Notes: generated by a model from the letters alone, not told the origin. A stretch of DNA of 64,000 nucleotides from Camelus ferus (GCF_009834535.1 NC_045697.1:69256001-69320000); one strand, 5' to 3'; positions 37,283 through 51,383 are shown, counted from the first letter of the stretch. Made by a program: numbers and translations.

Positions 37283-40200
37283 GCTGAGTTTCATGTTTCA
37301 GTTCCCTTATGAACACAAACAAGGTAGAAATATGCTGCTAAGAGTTCTAAACCCTTTTAAAATTTGTTTTCATTGTTGTTTAGAAGGTGATTGTTCTACG
37401 CTGAATGAAAACAAGAGAGATTCTAACAAAAGGAAGTCTAAGAAGAGCTTGTTCTTATCGACTCCCCGCTCAGGTAGCAGTGGCATCTCCCGACTTCCTG
37501 TACAAAGCTGTTGCAGGGCTGCCAGTTCCACAGAATGCTGGTGGAGAAGAGTCAGGGGTGTGGGTGTCTGGTGGGCAAATTCCATGCCACAATCTCTTGG
37601 CAAGCTTAGTAAAGTCAAGGTCAAACAGGTTCCTGTGTGGGTGAACATCTTAGGGTCTCTAATTCAAATGGCCACAGTGAAGAGGATGATACTTTGCATC
37701 ATTTTCCAAACATCTTCAACCAGAAGACTTATGGGCTGGGAGGGGCATCCCCAGGGACTAGGTGTCATGGTGCAACTTGGGGAAACATACCTCTCAACAT
37801 GGTGTTAACATGGTGCTAACACAGCTCTTAACACAGCTCCTGTAAAAGCCTTCTCTGGCAAGGGCAAGCCCCCTTCCCCAAGGCAACCAAGACCCATGGG
37901 ATTCTTAGTTTCCTGACACTGCCCAGCCCACAGTGTTCACTGCTAGGGATTATTTTTAGTTATTGAAGCACATGGATTTCTATCTTACTTTTTCACTTTT
38001 CTGTCTAAGCTTACAATTAAAAAGTTGGGGTGGGGGGTATAACATGTACCTTCATCTGGGAGGAAGAGAATCTTACGAAGAGTCTATCTTCTCACTGCTT
38101 TGCACCCAGCAGATAGGATTACTGACTTGAATTTGGAAGGAAGAGCTATTGTACTCCAGGGCAGTTTTCTTTGGAAACTGTGGATCAGTCACTGCAGATA
38201 GAACAGAATCTTTCTCAACCAAGAATCAGGACCTATAGTTCCCTTCTAAGCTGATCCTCGGAAGACTTAATAAGAACAACTGAAGAGGTGTGAACAGGGG
38301 CACATGGTGAAAACTTAACATTCTTCTACTTAAATTTATGTATCCTTCTTTACTTGATTTCTTCACTAAACAGAAAGATTTTATTTTTAAAAAATCAAAT
38401 AAGTTTAGAGATGTGAGGTTTGCATGGCACTCCAAAACATGAGATTTAATTTAAAAATGTTGAAAGGAATCATCTTCCTTCCTTCCTAGCAGTTCTAAGC
38501 ACAATTACAATGCAGTAGTTATACTGTAAGATGTCTACCATTGAACTTGGCTGAAGGGTTTTATTTATCCAAACTTTTCAGCTGGCTGAATCCCTGAATA
38601 GGACACAGGAACCTGCCTTAGAATCCTTTTTGGAGTTGGGGCTATTTTATTGCTCAAATACCAGTTTTAAAACCTAGCAGTTGGGGGGGGTGGCTAATAA
38701 AAATAAAAGGTATGTTTTTCTCAGAGAACGGAGCATAATAAACTTAAAAGAAAAAAGTTTTCTCTCAAATTTCATGCTCGTAGAACACTATAATATTTAA
38801 AAAGCCATTGAAACATTAAAAGCATTTCCAATTTTACTGGAGTGTGAAGACTAGAAAACTAAAAAAGCTCAAAGGGGAAAAAAAGGCTTGAAAAAGTAAT
38901 TTTTAATGAAACTAGCAATTAAAATCCATGCCTCGGGATCTCAATCTCCTGACAAAGTCAGTCCAGACTGAGTGTAGAACTGAGATTATTAAGCAGAAAG
39001 TTTTGGAAGTTGCAGAGAAGTGAGCGTTTACGCACCACTGCCAGCTAACACGCACAGTCCCCGCGGGGGATTTTAAAGTGGGGCGACCTCAGAGATCTGC
39101 TCTGCCCACTCACTTTTTGAGGTTCTTGATTAACACACGTAGAATATTCCAAAGTGCCTTTAAAGTTTTTTTCCCTCTATCATCTGAACACTCCAGGAGG
39201 CAGGTTTGAGTTCTGATGTGTAGTTTCCGCTTTTTCTAGCTTCTACTTTAGCCGTCCCCGTTTCTGACCGCTCTCTCCGAGCCACGCGGGCAAGCGCATC
39301 TGACTGGACCAGGCCAGGGTCTAACTGAGGATCGCGAGATTTTCCGGACTGTCATTTAAAAAAAACAAATGGAAAACTTTCGTTCCTTTTCTTTAGCAGC
39401 AGGACAAAAGTTCCAGCCTACCCTGTGCTAGGGGTCTCGGTTTGTTGTCCTGTTCAAACCTACTGGTATGGGGTAGGTCCTCTAAATGTCCCCACTTTAA
39501 TGACACAGAATCAGCCACGAGAAGTAACTCCCTCTAGGAGTGGCAGACCGGAATTCTAACCCACGCCTCTTGGCCCCAAACCTGTATTCTTTCTGGCTTA
39601 CATGTTCCCTTCCCCAAATATAATACAGCAGCACTCACATGGATATAGCCCTTCTAGAATTCAAGCAGCATCAGTAAAGACGGTAATACCATGTCCCTCC
39701 GATGTTCTCTACAGCAAAAGGGCATCACTGTTTAGATAAAATGCCCAACGGGCTACAATCTTCCTTCCCAGTCTCTCAAATTTGGGAACCATCGAGAATA
39801 ACTTTAAACTTTAGTGAAGGGGGATAGAATTTGTCTATTCTTATTTATTCCTGCTGTTATCCAGAAAGGAAGAATTTATCAATTTGAATTAAAACAGGAT
39901 AATATAGGAATTGATGAGTAGGAGTTCACAAGAGAGTTTAAAGCTTTACATATGCTAAATTATCATATACACACTGTTTTCTTGAACACTGTTTTAAAGC
40001 AGTTTTTTTTTTAACTTTTTTTTTTTTTTTACTATCATTAGATACTGATTTTGCTTGAACTACTTTAATAACCATTAACTGGAAATACTTCAGAATACGA
40101 TAAGCAGGTTCCAAAGCTTTTCTGCATTTGCAGAAATTTAACCACTTACAAGCCACAGCTGTATTCCTTAACCCTTGTATCTAACGAACATGAACATTCA

Positions 40201-41569
40201 GGCACTCTTTAAATGAAGGCTAAATTTTCACAATTGGTCGGAAGTAAAATTTTGAGTCAACCAACTGCTACAGCTTGCAGAAAACCAACAAGCAGTTTCA
40301 CTTATTTTTTCCTCAAAGTAAAAATGAATTGACTGTACTGAGCTGTTTTTGTATTTCCTTCTCCTGAGATGTCACTCCCCTGAAGAATTTCCACCATTAT
40401 ACAACCATCCTAAGACAGGCATTCCCTTAAAAATTACTTTTAATCTTTTTATAACCCAAAACATTTGAGGTGGAAAAAAGCAGAAACATCTGTCTGTCTC
40501 CAAGTAGATTCTAAATTCTAATCAGATTTAGTCGAAATGCCACTTAATGACTATGTGTTCCAATCCAGATAACAAGACATGCTGTTAACTTACCATTTGG
40601 TGACAAATGCCTCTTTATTCAAGTGCCCCCCCTCCCCACTGGTGGTATTATTAGCAATGAAGAGAGTGACTTAGAAGCAGCCTTTTTCAAAGGCTGGAGC
40701 AGAGTGGATTTTTATCCAAGCTTTTCTCATGATCTACAAAGTATTTCACTTAGATTATTACTATTTCCTAAAACTAAATAAGATATTTACTACAGGGAGT
40801 TTTTTTTCCAGGTATGCTGCTAATGAATTTTTTCACTCCACAAACATATTTAAACATGTTTTCTTGAATGCTAAGCACATGAGAAAGTCGAAAGAGATAC
40901 TGAATAAACTACATGGTATAGGAGGGCAGGGGTTTAAATCCCTTGTTCAGCATGTGTCTCCAAGGCCTGCCTAGCACAAGGCACTGTCACCAAATATTTG
41001 CTGAAATGTGAATGACAAATCCTTGTCTTCAAGGAGTTCATAATCTTTGAAGGGCCAGGGACTATTCTGGGCTCTGCAGATACAGCAAGTGAGCCAAACT
41101 AAACCTAGTACCCTCAAGGGACATATATTTTAGAGAAGGTGAGCCAAAGGTGAGATGGGCGAGACAAATTAAAACTATATATTATATAATATACATATGC
41201 ATGTATATGTATAACTGAATCGCTTATATATATATACATATATCTGCATGTATATGTACACCTGAAACTTACATTGTAAATCAACACTTCAAATAAAAAT
41301 TTTAAAACTATTATAAATATGATAAATTCTATATAATAATAAAACTATATTTGACATATATATGTAATCTAGTGTGAGTGACAGGGTCTCTAAAGAGAAA
41401 AAAAAAAAGCAGTTTAAAGGGCTGGGAAGCTTTTCAAGATTGGGTGGCCCTACACTTGGAAGACCTTTCAGATGAGATTTAAATGTGGTGTGGGAGCCCA
41501 TCTTGCAAATGTTCTAGACAGAGAGGACTAATCAGTATGCTGGCAACTCATGATAACACAACTTGCAAC

Positions 41570-41915
41570 CAGCATTATGGGGTATGTGGCTGGGTTTGCC
41601 AGCTGTCTACCAAAACCCCATCCCTTCTTCCCGGGCACCCAGGGACACCACAGGTCTCCGCTGCCCTTGCCATTCAGGTAGCCTCGTGACTTGTCTTTGC
41701 AAATGGAAAGTGAGAAGCAGTACGTGTCACTTCTGAGGCAAAGCTTTCAGAAGCCAGCGTGTCTACCCCATGCTCCTTTTTCCCTTTCACAAAGTGAGCC
41801 CAGTGAGGTCAGCAGAGCCACAGGGGCGGGGCTGGGCCCCCGGATCGCTGCATGAGGACAGCCATCCGCTGAACAAGGCATGAACAAAACGCTGTCTCCT
41901 ATTAGACTGTGGGTT
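41570..41915 (+). mobile_element. Old MaLR LTR (MLT1-type)
   Basis: ctaccaaaaccccatcccttcttcccgggcac...aatggaaagtgagaagcagtacgtgtcacttctg...gcagagccaca. Confidence 0.65.
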
Positions 41916-42224
41916 TATTGAGGACTGGGATCAGGCCTTTTTCATCCTCACAGCCCTAAGCCAGGGCACAACTCCTAGTGAGTGGCAAGTTCCTAGCATT
42001 AATGCTACTGAAATAGTGAAAAAAGCAGTAAGTTCTGTTCAAAGGAAACTGAGGAAAGGAATGAGCAAGGGTTCACCATACGGATATGGAGTGAGTGACT
42101 TACAAGGGATGGGTGGAGTGTAGGGGTAGAGATTCTCAGCAGAATAAAGGGCATGAGCAAAGAGAAGAAGAAAATATAGGATATATCTGAGGGACGTGAC
42201 CCAAAAAAGTGGCCATACTTGAGT

Positions 42225-43170
42225 ACCTTTCCTTCAGCAAACAAGTGTTAAGCAACTACCCTGTGCCAGGCACTACCAAAGGTGCTAAAGGCACAAAGCC
42301 TGGTAAGGCTGGGCCCTTCTTGAGGAAATCTTGAAGTACAGGATGCAAAGGAGACTTGAGAAGGAGTGCTAACTCTACTGGGGATCGTGATGCTAGAGCT
42401 GATCCTGATCCTAAAGTTCCAGAAGATTCTCGGGGTGTCGGGGTGGTGCTCCAAAGGGAGGGGAGGAACAAACGCTTAGGCAGCCTGGTGAATTCATGGA
42501 ACTGCAAATAGCTCAGCCCTCTGGAAAGTAAGACCCAAGAAGGCAAAGATTTTGTTTTCTTCATGTTGGGTCTCCAGTGCCTGGAACCCAGCCTGCAGGA
42601 AGGGCAGATCGGAAATGTCAGATTTGGGGAAAGAGGGTAAGTTTAGAAGTCATTGTGGAGAGGAGGCAGGAACTGGACAGAGAAGGAATCAGAGAGCTCT
42701 GCCAGGGACAAGATCAGATTTGCATTTCGTAAGAGCATTCTGGCTGAAATCTGCGTGAAGGGGTGTGTCACCACAGGAGATCCTTAGGGGATGACTGCGA
42801 TGGCCCAGGCCCCAGGTGGGAGGAGACAAAAACTGAAATAAGGTAAGAGGGGAAGTGGGGGTAGAATGAAAATCACAGATCCAGGAACACTATGGGGAGG
42901 ACTTAGGATTATTTTGTATATAGGAAAAAAGAGTTTTTAAGATGACTCCTAAATTTAAGGAAAAGCAGGCTGGGAAAAAATGACAGTAATCCAGTTTTGC
43001 AGACGTTACATTTGGGATAGTTGAAGGTAGTCACGAGAGGAAATGTCCAAAAGGCATCTGGACACATCGGCGTGATGTTCCAGGAAAAGGTCTTGTCTGG
43101 CTCAGAACTGGAAGAAACCAGCAGCATCCAAGTAACAGCTAATGTTATGGGAATGAATGAAATTGCCCAA
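42225..43170 (-). mobile_element. Degraded L2 LINE fragments
   Basis: ttcagcaaacaagtgttaagcaactaccctgtgccaggcact; atcagatttgcatttcgtaagagcattctggctg; caggaaaaggtcttgtctggc...gggaatgaatgaaattgccc. Confidence 0.55.
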
Positions 43171-43881
43171 ACACGGCCAACACATACTGCTGCAGAAGTT
43201 GTGCACTGCACAACTCCCAAGGTGCCAGGTGCCCTGGGTCATTGCCATTTTGTACAGATATCATGGCACTTTTCTGGTAGATAACTGTAATGAATTATCT
43301 GGAGAGAAGGGCATCTCTTTCTAATTCACCAAAATTAGTGTGTGGATAAGCAACAAGTTTGCCCAAAGAGCTATTCCTGAACAAGCAGAGGTGAGAGGAA
43401 AGAAAGAGGAGAAAAAGGGAGAAGGCAGGTCAGGGTGAAAAGGGGCAAAGCCAATCCATTCTGTTTAGGCTCCATTTCAAAACTGATCTATAAAATGTTC
43501 TCTGTCCTCTACATTGAAGATTGCAAAAGCTGTATTAACCCCTAAAGCTCTCATGGTCTGAGCAGGCAGGAGTTCATGGCAAACAATCCTCAGCCTGCTT
43601 GCTCGTGAGATCTCAGTCTGGGTCTTCCTTCGGCTCACAGGTTCCAGGGCTCCATTTTCTTTGTAAACTGGTGATGATGGTGATGACGATGAAGAAAACA
43701 CCCCTATGCATACACACTCGCCTACACACAGTGAACAATCTTCCTCTGGCCTAGAATGAAATTAACTTTAGGGCATTTCCAAAAGGCTTTTCCCAAACTA
43801 GGAATAAACGTTAAGTAACTGGAAGCCTGGAATGGCATACAACGCCACTGAGTTTCTACAGAGAGATGCACTGAGTCAGAT

Positions 43882-44108
43882 CAGTGGTTCTGAAATGGGA
43901 TGATTCTGCTCCTTCCCCAAGGGACATTTAACTACATCGAGACATTTCTGGTTGTCCCAACAGGAGTCTGGGGGTGGGGGGAATTCTACTGGCACCTGGT
44001 AGGTTGAGACCAGGGATGCTGCTCAACATCCTACAATGCACAGGACAGCCCCCATCCCAAAGAATCCGCTGAGCCCAAATGTTGGTGGTGTCAAGGTGGA
44101 GAAAACTG
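43882..44108 (+). mobile_element. MER20 hAT-Charlie element, near full length
   Basis: cagtggttct...gagacatttctggttgtc...ctactggcacctggtaggttgagaccagggatgctgctcaacatcctacaatgcacaggacagcccc...gagaaaactg. Confidence 0.9.
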
Positions 44109-47100
44109 TTAAACTACAAGCTTCTTGAAGCCTGGGACCAATACGTACTTCTGATGCCCCAAAACGTTTGATAAGACAAAATTAAATGGAAGACAGTTCC
44201 CACACCATACTGAAGGACTGGGCAACAATTTCACTTACGTTTTTCTCCTGCCGTCGCTGCCTTCCTTTTAGGCTTCCACTTCCGATTACCAAAAAAGCCA
44301 GTAAGAAGGGTTGGAAACTTAAATGATGTATACAGCTTAAGTGCTTTTTGATGAAGCAAACGCTATAATTTCTGTCAAATTCTCATAGAATATACCAAGT
44401 TTCTGCCCCAAACAAAATCTTTAAAAAGAATAAACAAATCTTTCTATGTAAAATTCCATTATTATTTTCCAAGTCACAGAAATGTGAAAAAATAATGGTC
44501 TACTATGAAATACAAACACTTCTTGATCACTGTTCTACATATTGAGTAATGCAATTCTGAAAGTTAAATTTAGATTAATGAAAAAACCACACAGAATGAA
44601 ATACAAGTGGAAGCTAAATATAGGTGATCTAAGTTAATGTCACTCCTGAGTCCTCTTATCCCATTACTAACTACTGCTTCCCATGCCTAACTTCAATAGC
44701 CAGTCATTTGTTTTCCTAAATTTAAATGAAAGTAAATACTGTTCACACGTTTTATAAGGAGGCATCTGATTTAACTTTCACCAATGTGCTTAGTAGATCC
44801 TGCCACTAAAATTGACTATGTTCCTAATTTTTAAGGTTCTATTTTAATTTCCACTGTAACTGAGAAAGAACAAAAGCTTTTTCTTTTTAAAGAATCCTAG
44901 ATAATCATGCTCCTGCCTTTACTGGAAGAGCAGGCAGGATATCGCTACCCCAAACCAGCACCCTCCGGTAATTGAGGCCTTTGTCCCGCCAATGTTAAGA
45001 CAATAGCTCCCTTAAGCATCAGATGTCCTGGGAGTGTTACAACCACTGAACGGCTTTTCATGGAACATAAATCACTTTCCCACTACCTGCCACTTACAGA
45101 CCTGCTTCTCATGAACCTTGGACCCTGCACAATACGGCTTGTCGTGTCCTTTGTGACAGCCAGGAACAAGGGAACTGTTTTCATGAGTAGATAAAGGGCA
45201 TTTTCCCTTTTGATGTTTAAGGGTTTTTTTTCTCCTTGTGCCCTGAATTTTTTTATTAAAAATCACAGGAACATCCCATTCCGCCATACCAATTAAAGTT
45301 TTAAATAACTTAATACTTGTATGTTTCATATAACTGTTGAGCATTTTAATAGGATTTCAGAAACTTATCTGATCATTTCCTAATATATCTCCATGTGGAT
45401 CAGATCTCCTGCTCTTATGATTTTGCATGAGAACTTTTGAGCAACTTTTCATCCCATTTCAGGGGTGTTAAAGAATTGAGAAGGATACGGATACATAGTA
45501 GACCCCACATTTACAGTTGAGAAAATTTTCCCCACATGGATTTCCTCAGTTCCCTTAATCCTCTTGAAGCAGAATTGTTGAAAAGAGTAATGACTCAAGA
45601 TGTGGTTGCTGACGTGACATCAGTCACATACATCTAATTCCATGGCTCTGCATTAAACTCAGCCTGCTGTAAGGTAGGAAAGTTACGTACTCAAGGAAAT
45701 GAAGTTTCCCGCTTTTCTGCAGCCCTTATCACAAGCGGCTGAGGCCCCCAGGGGTTGTTTGCAAGTCACAGAAGTAACATCTCTCCTGAGTAAATCACAG
45801 CTGCCAACAGTCAGCCTGGGTGCCTGTGGTCTCTCCTTTTCCCCTGGCCCAGAGCACTAGCCTCACCTGCATGCCCGACTCACATGTAAGCAGAGGCCGC
45901 AGCAGCGAAGCGGTCCAATCACAAAAAAACAACACTTCTCTCTGAGCCAGGTTATGCCAAAGGCTCTCCAGGCATGAAATCATGAAGCAATTTAATATGA
46001 GCTCAGATAAAAAGCCAAGTGAGCAATTTAGAAGCTGAAAGGAAATACAAGGGAAAGTTCTTTGGCTTTAGTGAGGACAGAAGGAAAAATGCAGACAGCA
46101 TCTTGGACACATTTGGATGGGAAATAAGAAGGAAGGTGGGGCACCAGCTGTCTGCCAGGTCCGTTTGGGGGAAATGGTGGAAACCGGTTTTCCTTACTCT
46201 GGCTCCTGAGATTACAAGTGCTTATGAACCTTAACTTGTCATTCTAAACTCTCTCTAGGGTCAGAAGCAAGTGACATTTAACGTAACTGAAGAAGGAAAA
46301 GTTATGTGTGCTGATTGGGCTGAAAAACAAAGTGAAGCCCCGGTGTTTTTCTGAAGGTGGCTGGAAATCAGTCTTTGACTTGGCAGGTAAAACCCTTGTC
46401 GCGGGCGGTGAGGGGAGTATTAGCCTCAATAAGTCTCCCAGGGAAAAAAACATCTATTAATGAAAAGACCTTAGCATCAGAAAAAGATGGCAGCAGAGAT
46501 GTGTGCTGACAACCTTGAGAATAATGCCAACGGCTGGAGCCAAAACATGTGATTCCAATGTCAGGCCGGAGCCCAGCTGGAGCAGCCATGGGAAAGAAAG
46601 ATTCCATACAGAGGAGAAGCTGGGGGCCAGCGCTGAGTGAAGTGGGTGACAAATTGGTGCTAAGGCACCACAAGCGGCAGGCTTGTTTTCTCCGGCCCAA
46701 GGATGTAAGCTGTAAGAGCCTTTTACCCTGGAAGCCTGGATGCTGGGGAGGCCGGCAGGCGGCATATACACAGCTGAGCTTCATGGAGGCTGCGGGAGGC
46801 CATCCTAGCCAGCACAGCAGGGAAAACACGATGCCAACAGAGATGCTGGCCTCTGAAGCGGGTGGGTGCGTGGCCCGGGGCAGGGGCAGATCCAACGCAG
46901 CGGATCCCCCCTCAACCCCAGGGGGGAGGGGGGGCGACAGACGTGCCTTGGCCGGGAGAGAGGAATCAAACACTGAAGTCGATTGTCGCAGAAACAGCTG
47001 TGCTGCAGCTATGCGGCCAAGTACGGGGACGCCAGCACGATGTCCTCAAGAGGGTGCAGGCTCCTGAGCAGAGCAGAAACAAAGCCGCCCCCAGGGCCTT

Positions 47101-47961
47101 GCTGGCCGATTCGTGCAAAAGGGCACTCGATAAATGACTGTATAATTGGCTCAAGTCTCCTCTACCCCCCAGACGAAAACCCATCAACCAGAACCTGCCA
47201 AGGTTCTCAAAACCTGTTAGGCCTGTGAGGATGCAGTTGGAGGAAATAATCTCTCTGCCCTCAAAGGGCTATCGCCATCTGGGCCAGGTGGTTTTTTTCC
47301 CCAAACTGTGGCTAGCCTTCCATAGTGGGTAGTCGAAGTCAATTAAATGGATCAAAATCAGCACTGGTTTTCACATACACACATACAAGAATAAGAGAAA
47401 ACTCTTGTGAAACTTTTGATTCAAGTCTGTGTATTCACCACCACCAAGTCACGAAGTTAAAATATACTTCTTATTGTGGATCAGAGTAAAAGTACGTTTG
47501 AAAGCAGCTGATTTACTGAGGAAGCCAGGAACATTTAGCCATTTACAAAGGACTTTCACATATACTGTTTTAAGGAATCATCCAGAAACCCCATGAGGGA
47601 ACTGTCCAATTTTTCAGTGACTCAGAGAGGTTAACCAGCTTGTTCAAAGCAGCACAGCAGAGCCTGGATGTAATCCCAGATGGGTCTGACTCCAGTACAT
47701 CCTCATGCACCATAGGAGTTCAGGGATAATGATGAGCAAAGAGGGCCGGAGAGGAAAGAGGAGTGAGAGAAGGTACAACCTGAAGGAGACCTGGACAGGT
47801 GAGTGGGTCTTCGCCAGGCTGGAGGGGCAGAGATGCAAGAAATAGGAGGGGCTACTTTGGAGGTGAGTGAAGAGTCCAGCCTCATGTGACAGAGGGCACT
47901 GGAAGTTCAGAGTGGATTAAAAGAGTTGGACAGATCAGGCAGCCCCTATCAGTCCTGAGAC

Positions 47962-48055
47962 TTTGAGCTTTACTTACCTCATCTGTAAGATGGGGATAAT
48001 AATAGTACCTACTAAGTGAAACTATGTGTATGAAGTGCTTGTGCTCAACATATGA
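47962..48055 (+). mobile_element. MIR SINE core
   Basis: cctcatctgtaagatggggataataatagtacctac. Confidence 0.8.
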
Positions 48056-48559
48056 TAACTTAAAAGAAGAAGTCACCCTACCCATGCAGAATCCTACACC
48101 GATAAATAAACGATCATACATCACTTTATCTGGCCCTGACAACAATCCTATGAAAGAGACAAAGACAAATTTTGGGGGCTCAAAAAACTCCAGCAGACAC
48201 GAATGACTTGTGCTGAGGCTTCTGCTCTAGGCCACTTATTCAACAGGGAGGAAAGCAGGTATCAGGACTGGCTAGTGCAGCCGAGGTGGGCGGGAGCTTG
48301 AAGGCTAGGCAGAGAAATTCAGACTTCCTCCAACAAGAGTCAGGGAGCTAATGAGGTCTTAGAGGAAAAGAGAGATGAGGTAGGGGTGGTAGGTAACAGT
48401 AAGGCTCTGAAATTATGGAAATAATACTGCTTTCAGAGCTAAACTTTAAAAGTCCAGATCTGCAAAGACATCCTAGAGAAACCACTCTAAAGCCCCAAAT
48501 TGAAAGTACTGAATCTAGGTGCAAGAATGTCCATCAGACCAGGCCTGGTCGGACCTGAA

Positions 48560-48641
48560 AGTGGAGATCTGAAGAGAGCCACAGTGGCCTTGCCGCTCCG
48601 AGTGGAGATTTAAAGACAGCCACAGTGGCCTTGCTGCTCCG
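48560..48641. repeat. 41-bp tandem duplication (37/41 identical)
   Basis: agtggagatctgaagagagccacagtggccttgccgctccg followed directly by agtggagatttaaagacagccacagtggccttgctgctccg. Confidence 0.93.
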
Positions 48642-51383
48642 AGCAACAGACAGGGGGAGAGCGCCACGGGCAACATCCTTAGTCCTTGGAGGGTTCAGGA
48701 CCTTGGGGCAAGTCAGTGCCCCTGCGGAGATGAGCCAACTCCCTCTGGGTACTCCCACTGGCAAGCCTCCGGACCGTGAAATGGACGCCTCCGACTTACC
48801 CTGATGCCATCTGAAACTTAACTTCTTTGTTTTTATTCCATGCTGGCCAACTAAGCATCTGATTATGATTTGGCTTTCCATGCAGGTCTGGCCACAGGAA
48901 GAAAGTATGTCCCCGCTGTTCCCACACTGGAATTCCAGGCCATGAAATGGAAGTAGAAACAGTTCTCTTCTCATTTTAAATCAGTAAGCTAGCAATTCGC
49001 TTTTATATATCCATTTCCTGAACTGAGTCAACAAGATGGAGAGATGAACTCTTGTTATGCTCCTCAAATCCGTTTCTGAGCCCATAGAGTGGAGGGTCAC
49101 CAAGGGAATGAGGACGCCTATTGGAACAGGCTGCTCTGCAAAGCTCCCTGGGAAAGCCCACACTGACTGTCTCCACGGGGTCTCATGGAGGGATGTCGGA
49201 GGCAGCCAGTCTGCCTGCTGCAGGGCCAGCAAGGGAGACTCGTGTCAGCAAAGCTAGCTTGCAAGCCACAGGTGTTAGGTGACGAAAAGTGTAAACTAGA
49301 GTAGAGGCAATAGGAACAGAGGGGGTACAAAAAAAGAAAATACAAGAGAGAATCAAGGGGACAAAGAAATGCAAAGATGACTAAGATTTTCAATTTTAAG
49401 GACTCAGAGTAGGGCCTCTACCTCTAAAACACAGAGAGAAGGTTTACTGAACTGGATTTAGCTTGGGACAGTCCTTGGAGATGACAGTATAGTAGCTATG
49501 CCCAGTCCAATGACCAGTTGGGACCATAAAGGTATTATGTTGCTGGTCACTCTTTTCATTCCACAAAGGTTTATCAAGTATCTACAACATGCCAGATATT
49601 ACGCCACCAGTCACCAGGGAGCCCTGCCTTCAAAGAGCCTACAGTCTAGTGACGTTGACAGGTTAATTTACTATTTTAGTAAATATAGGTGCTATGATGG
49701 GGGTATGCACAGGGTACAATGGGAATGTCTAAAATGAACACCATGGGGGAGAAAAACTAAACTTTTTCAGCCAAAAGAGATGAATGATTTTCTAAAAAGA
49801 AGAATCAATGTTGTTTTTTCACCTTCTTGAATTTTTGAATCCACTGAAACGTTGATTGTAAATCAGACATCAAGTCATATCTAATTTTACCTTCTTTCAT
49901 CCTGTAAGTGGTGAAAAAGAAATAGCAAGAAGATTGAAAAATATGACTTTAGCTGAGAGACTGCAGCAACATTTGTAGAAAACTCCCAATAATGAAATAA
50001 AGGTAGAAGCCAGGTCTATGACAACCCACGAAAAGGCAAACATTCAATACTCAGGCCAAAACCAAACCTGTGAGGCACTGCCTATGTAATGACCACACTC
50101 TCATCTAGTATAAAATTCCAAAACTGAAATTCATATTAACAATTTAATTTTCCACTCACTGAGAATTTAAGAGATCACAAAATCACAGAGTTGATAAGAA
50201 AAGCAAAATTAGAAAGCAAGACAATTCCAAGATATTGTTATCTTGCAACCCAACAGAATTTTCCAAAAAAGTAATGATGTCCAGTATAAAGCAAAGAAAA
50301 TATTCTAGGGTCACCAAAAATTGGAAAATTTGGAAAGTCATAGGATCTTCCTCAGTCACCATGTCAGTGTTGACAGAGGTACACAGGAAAATACATAACT
50401 AAGAGCACTGAAAGACAGACATTATAAAATGCAGAGACATATCAAAAAGCAGAAAGAAAGATGGTCTTAGTTAGAGCTCATACCTCCTGCTCACATTTTT
50501 TACCCCACCCCTCACCCCAACAATCCACCCAGTCTTAGTATAATATACTAGCTGTGTTTGCAGAAGAGTGAGACTGGAAGATTAGGAAACAAGTATTTCC
50601 ATTACACATTCTATAGAATACACCTTCAAAACAGCTTTGTCCCTGGTGGTCTACTCTATTGAGATGCGTTTTTTGGTTGTCCCAATGGCCAACACTGAGG
50701 AATATCCTAGGAAGCTGCCCTAAAAATTCCTCATGGTGTTTACTGTAGGGATTTTGCTAAAGCTGTTTTACACTATCACACAGTATCCATTCTACCAGGC
50801 CCCATGACTTCTCTAAGCAGTATTGTGTATTTTGTAACATGAGGCTGACGTGTTTCCCTTTTTGCACTGGTTAACAGGAAGCTCAGGGAAACATTTGCAG
50901 CACACTTTCAGCAAGTTGAATTGCTCACCAGTGTAAAAAGATTACTTTTATCCCTGATTTTCCCTTCACACATTCTCCTAATTTACTTAAAAACAATAAA
51001 CAAAAAAGTGTAATAGTTAACAGCAAATATTTATTGAGTGCTTATTATTAGACATTCTAATATCATACCCTGTCCACACATCCCTTATGACTCCTTAAAC
51101 CATGTAAGGTATTTATAACATATATCACATATTGTATATTTATATTTTATATATTTAAATGTATTAAATTTTATTTTTGGAAAAGTTAGGGTATGACGGG
51201 ATGGGCAAATGGATGAGCAAACTGATACAGAGGTGAAGAACTAGATCAGTATCTCATATTTCTGTGGTGGCTTTTCAACCAAATCATGGGGAAAGGGCAC
51301 TAACAATAGAAAATGGCTAGAGATACCCCAGGCAGGACGTGGTACATCCTGGGTGCAGACCAGAGACTCACATTTAAAAAAAA

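Noticed and set aside
37293..37808. 171-aa plus-strand ORF
   Set aside because: No recognisable homology or splice context; antisense within an intron.
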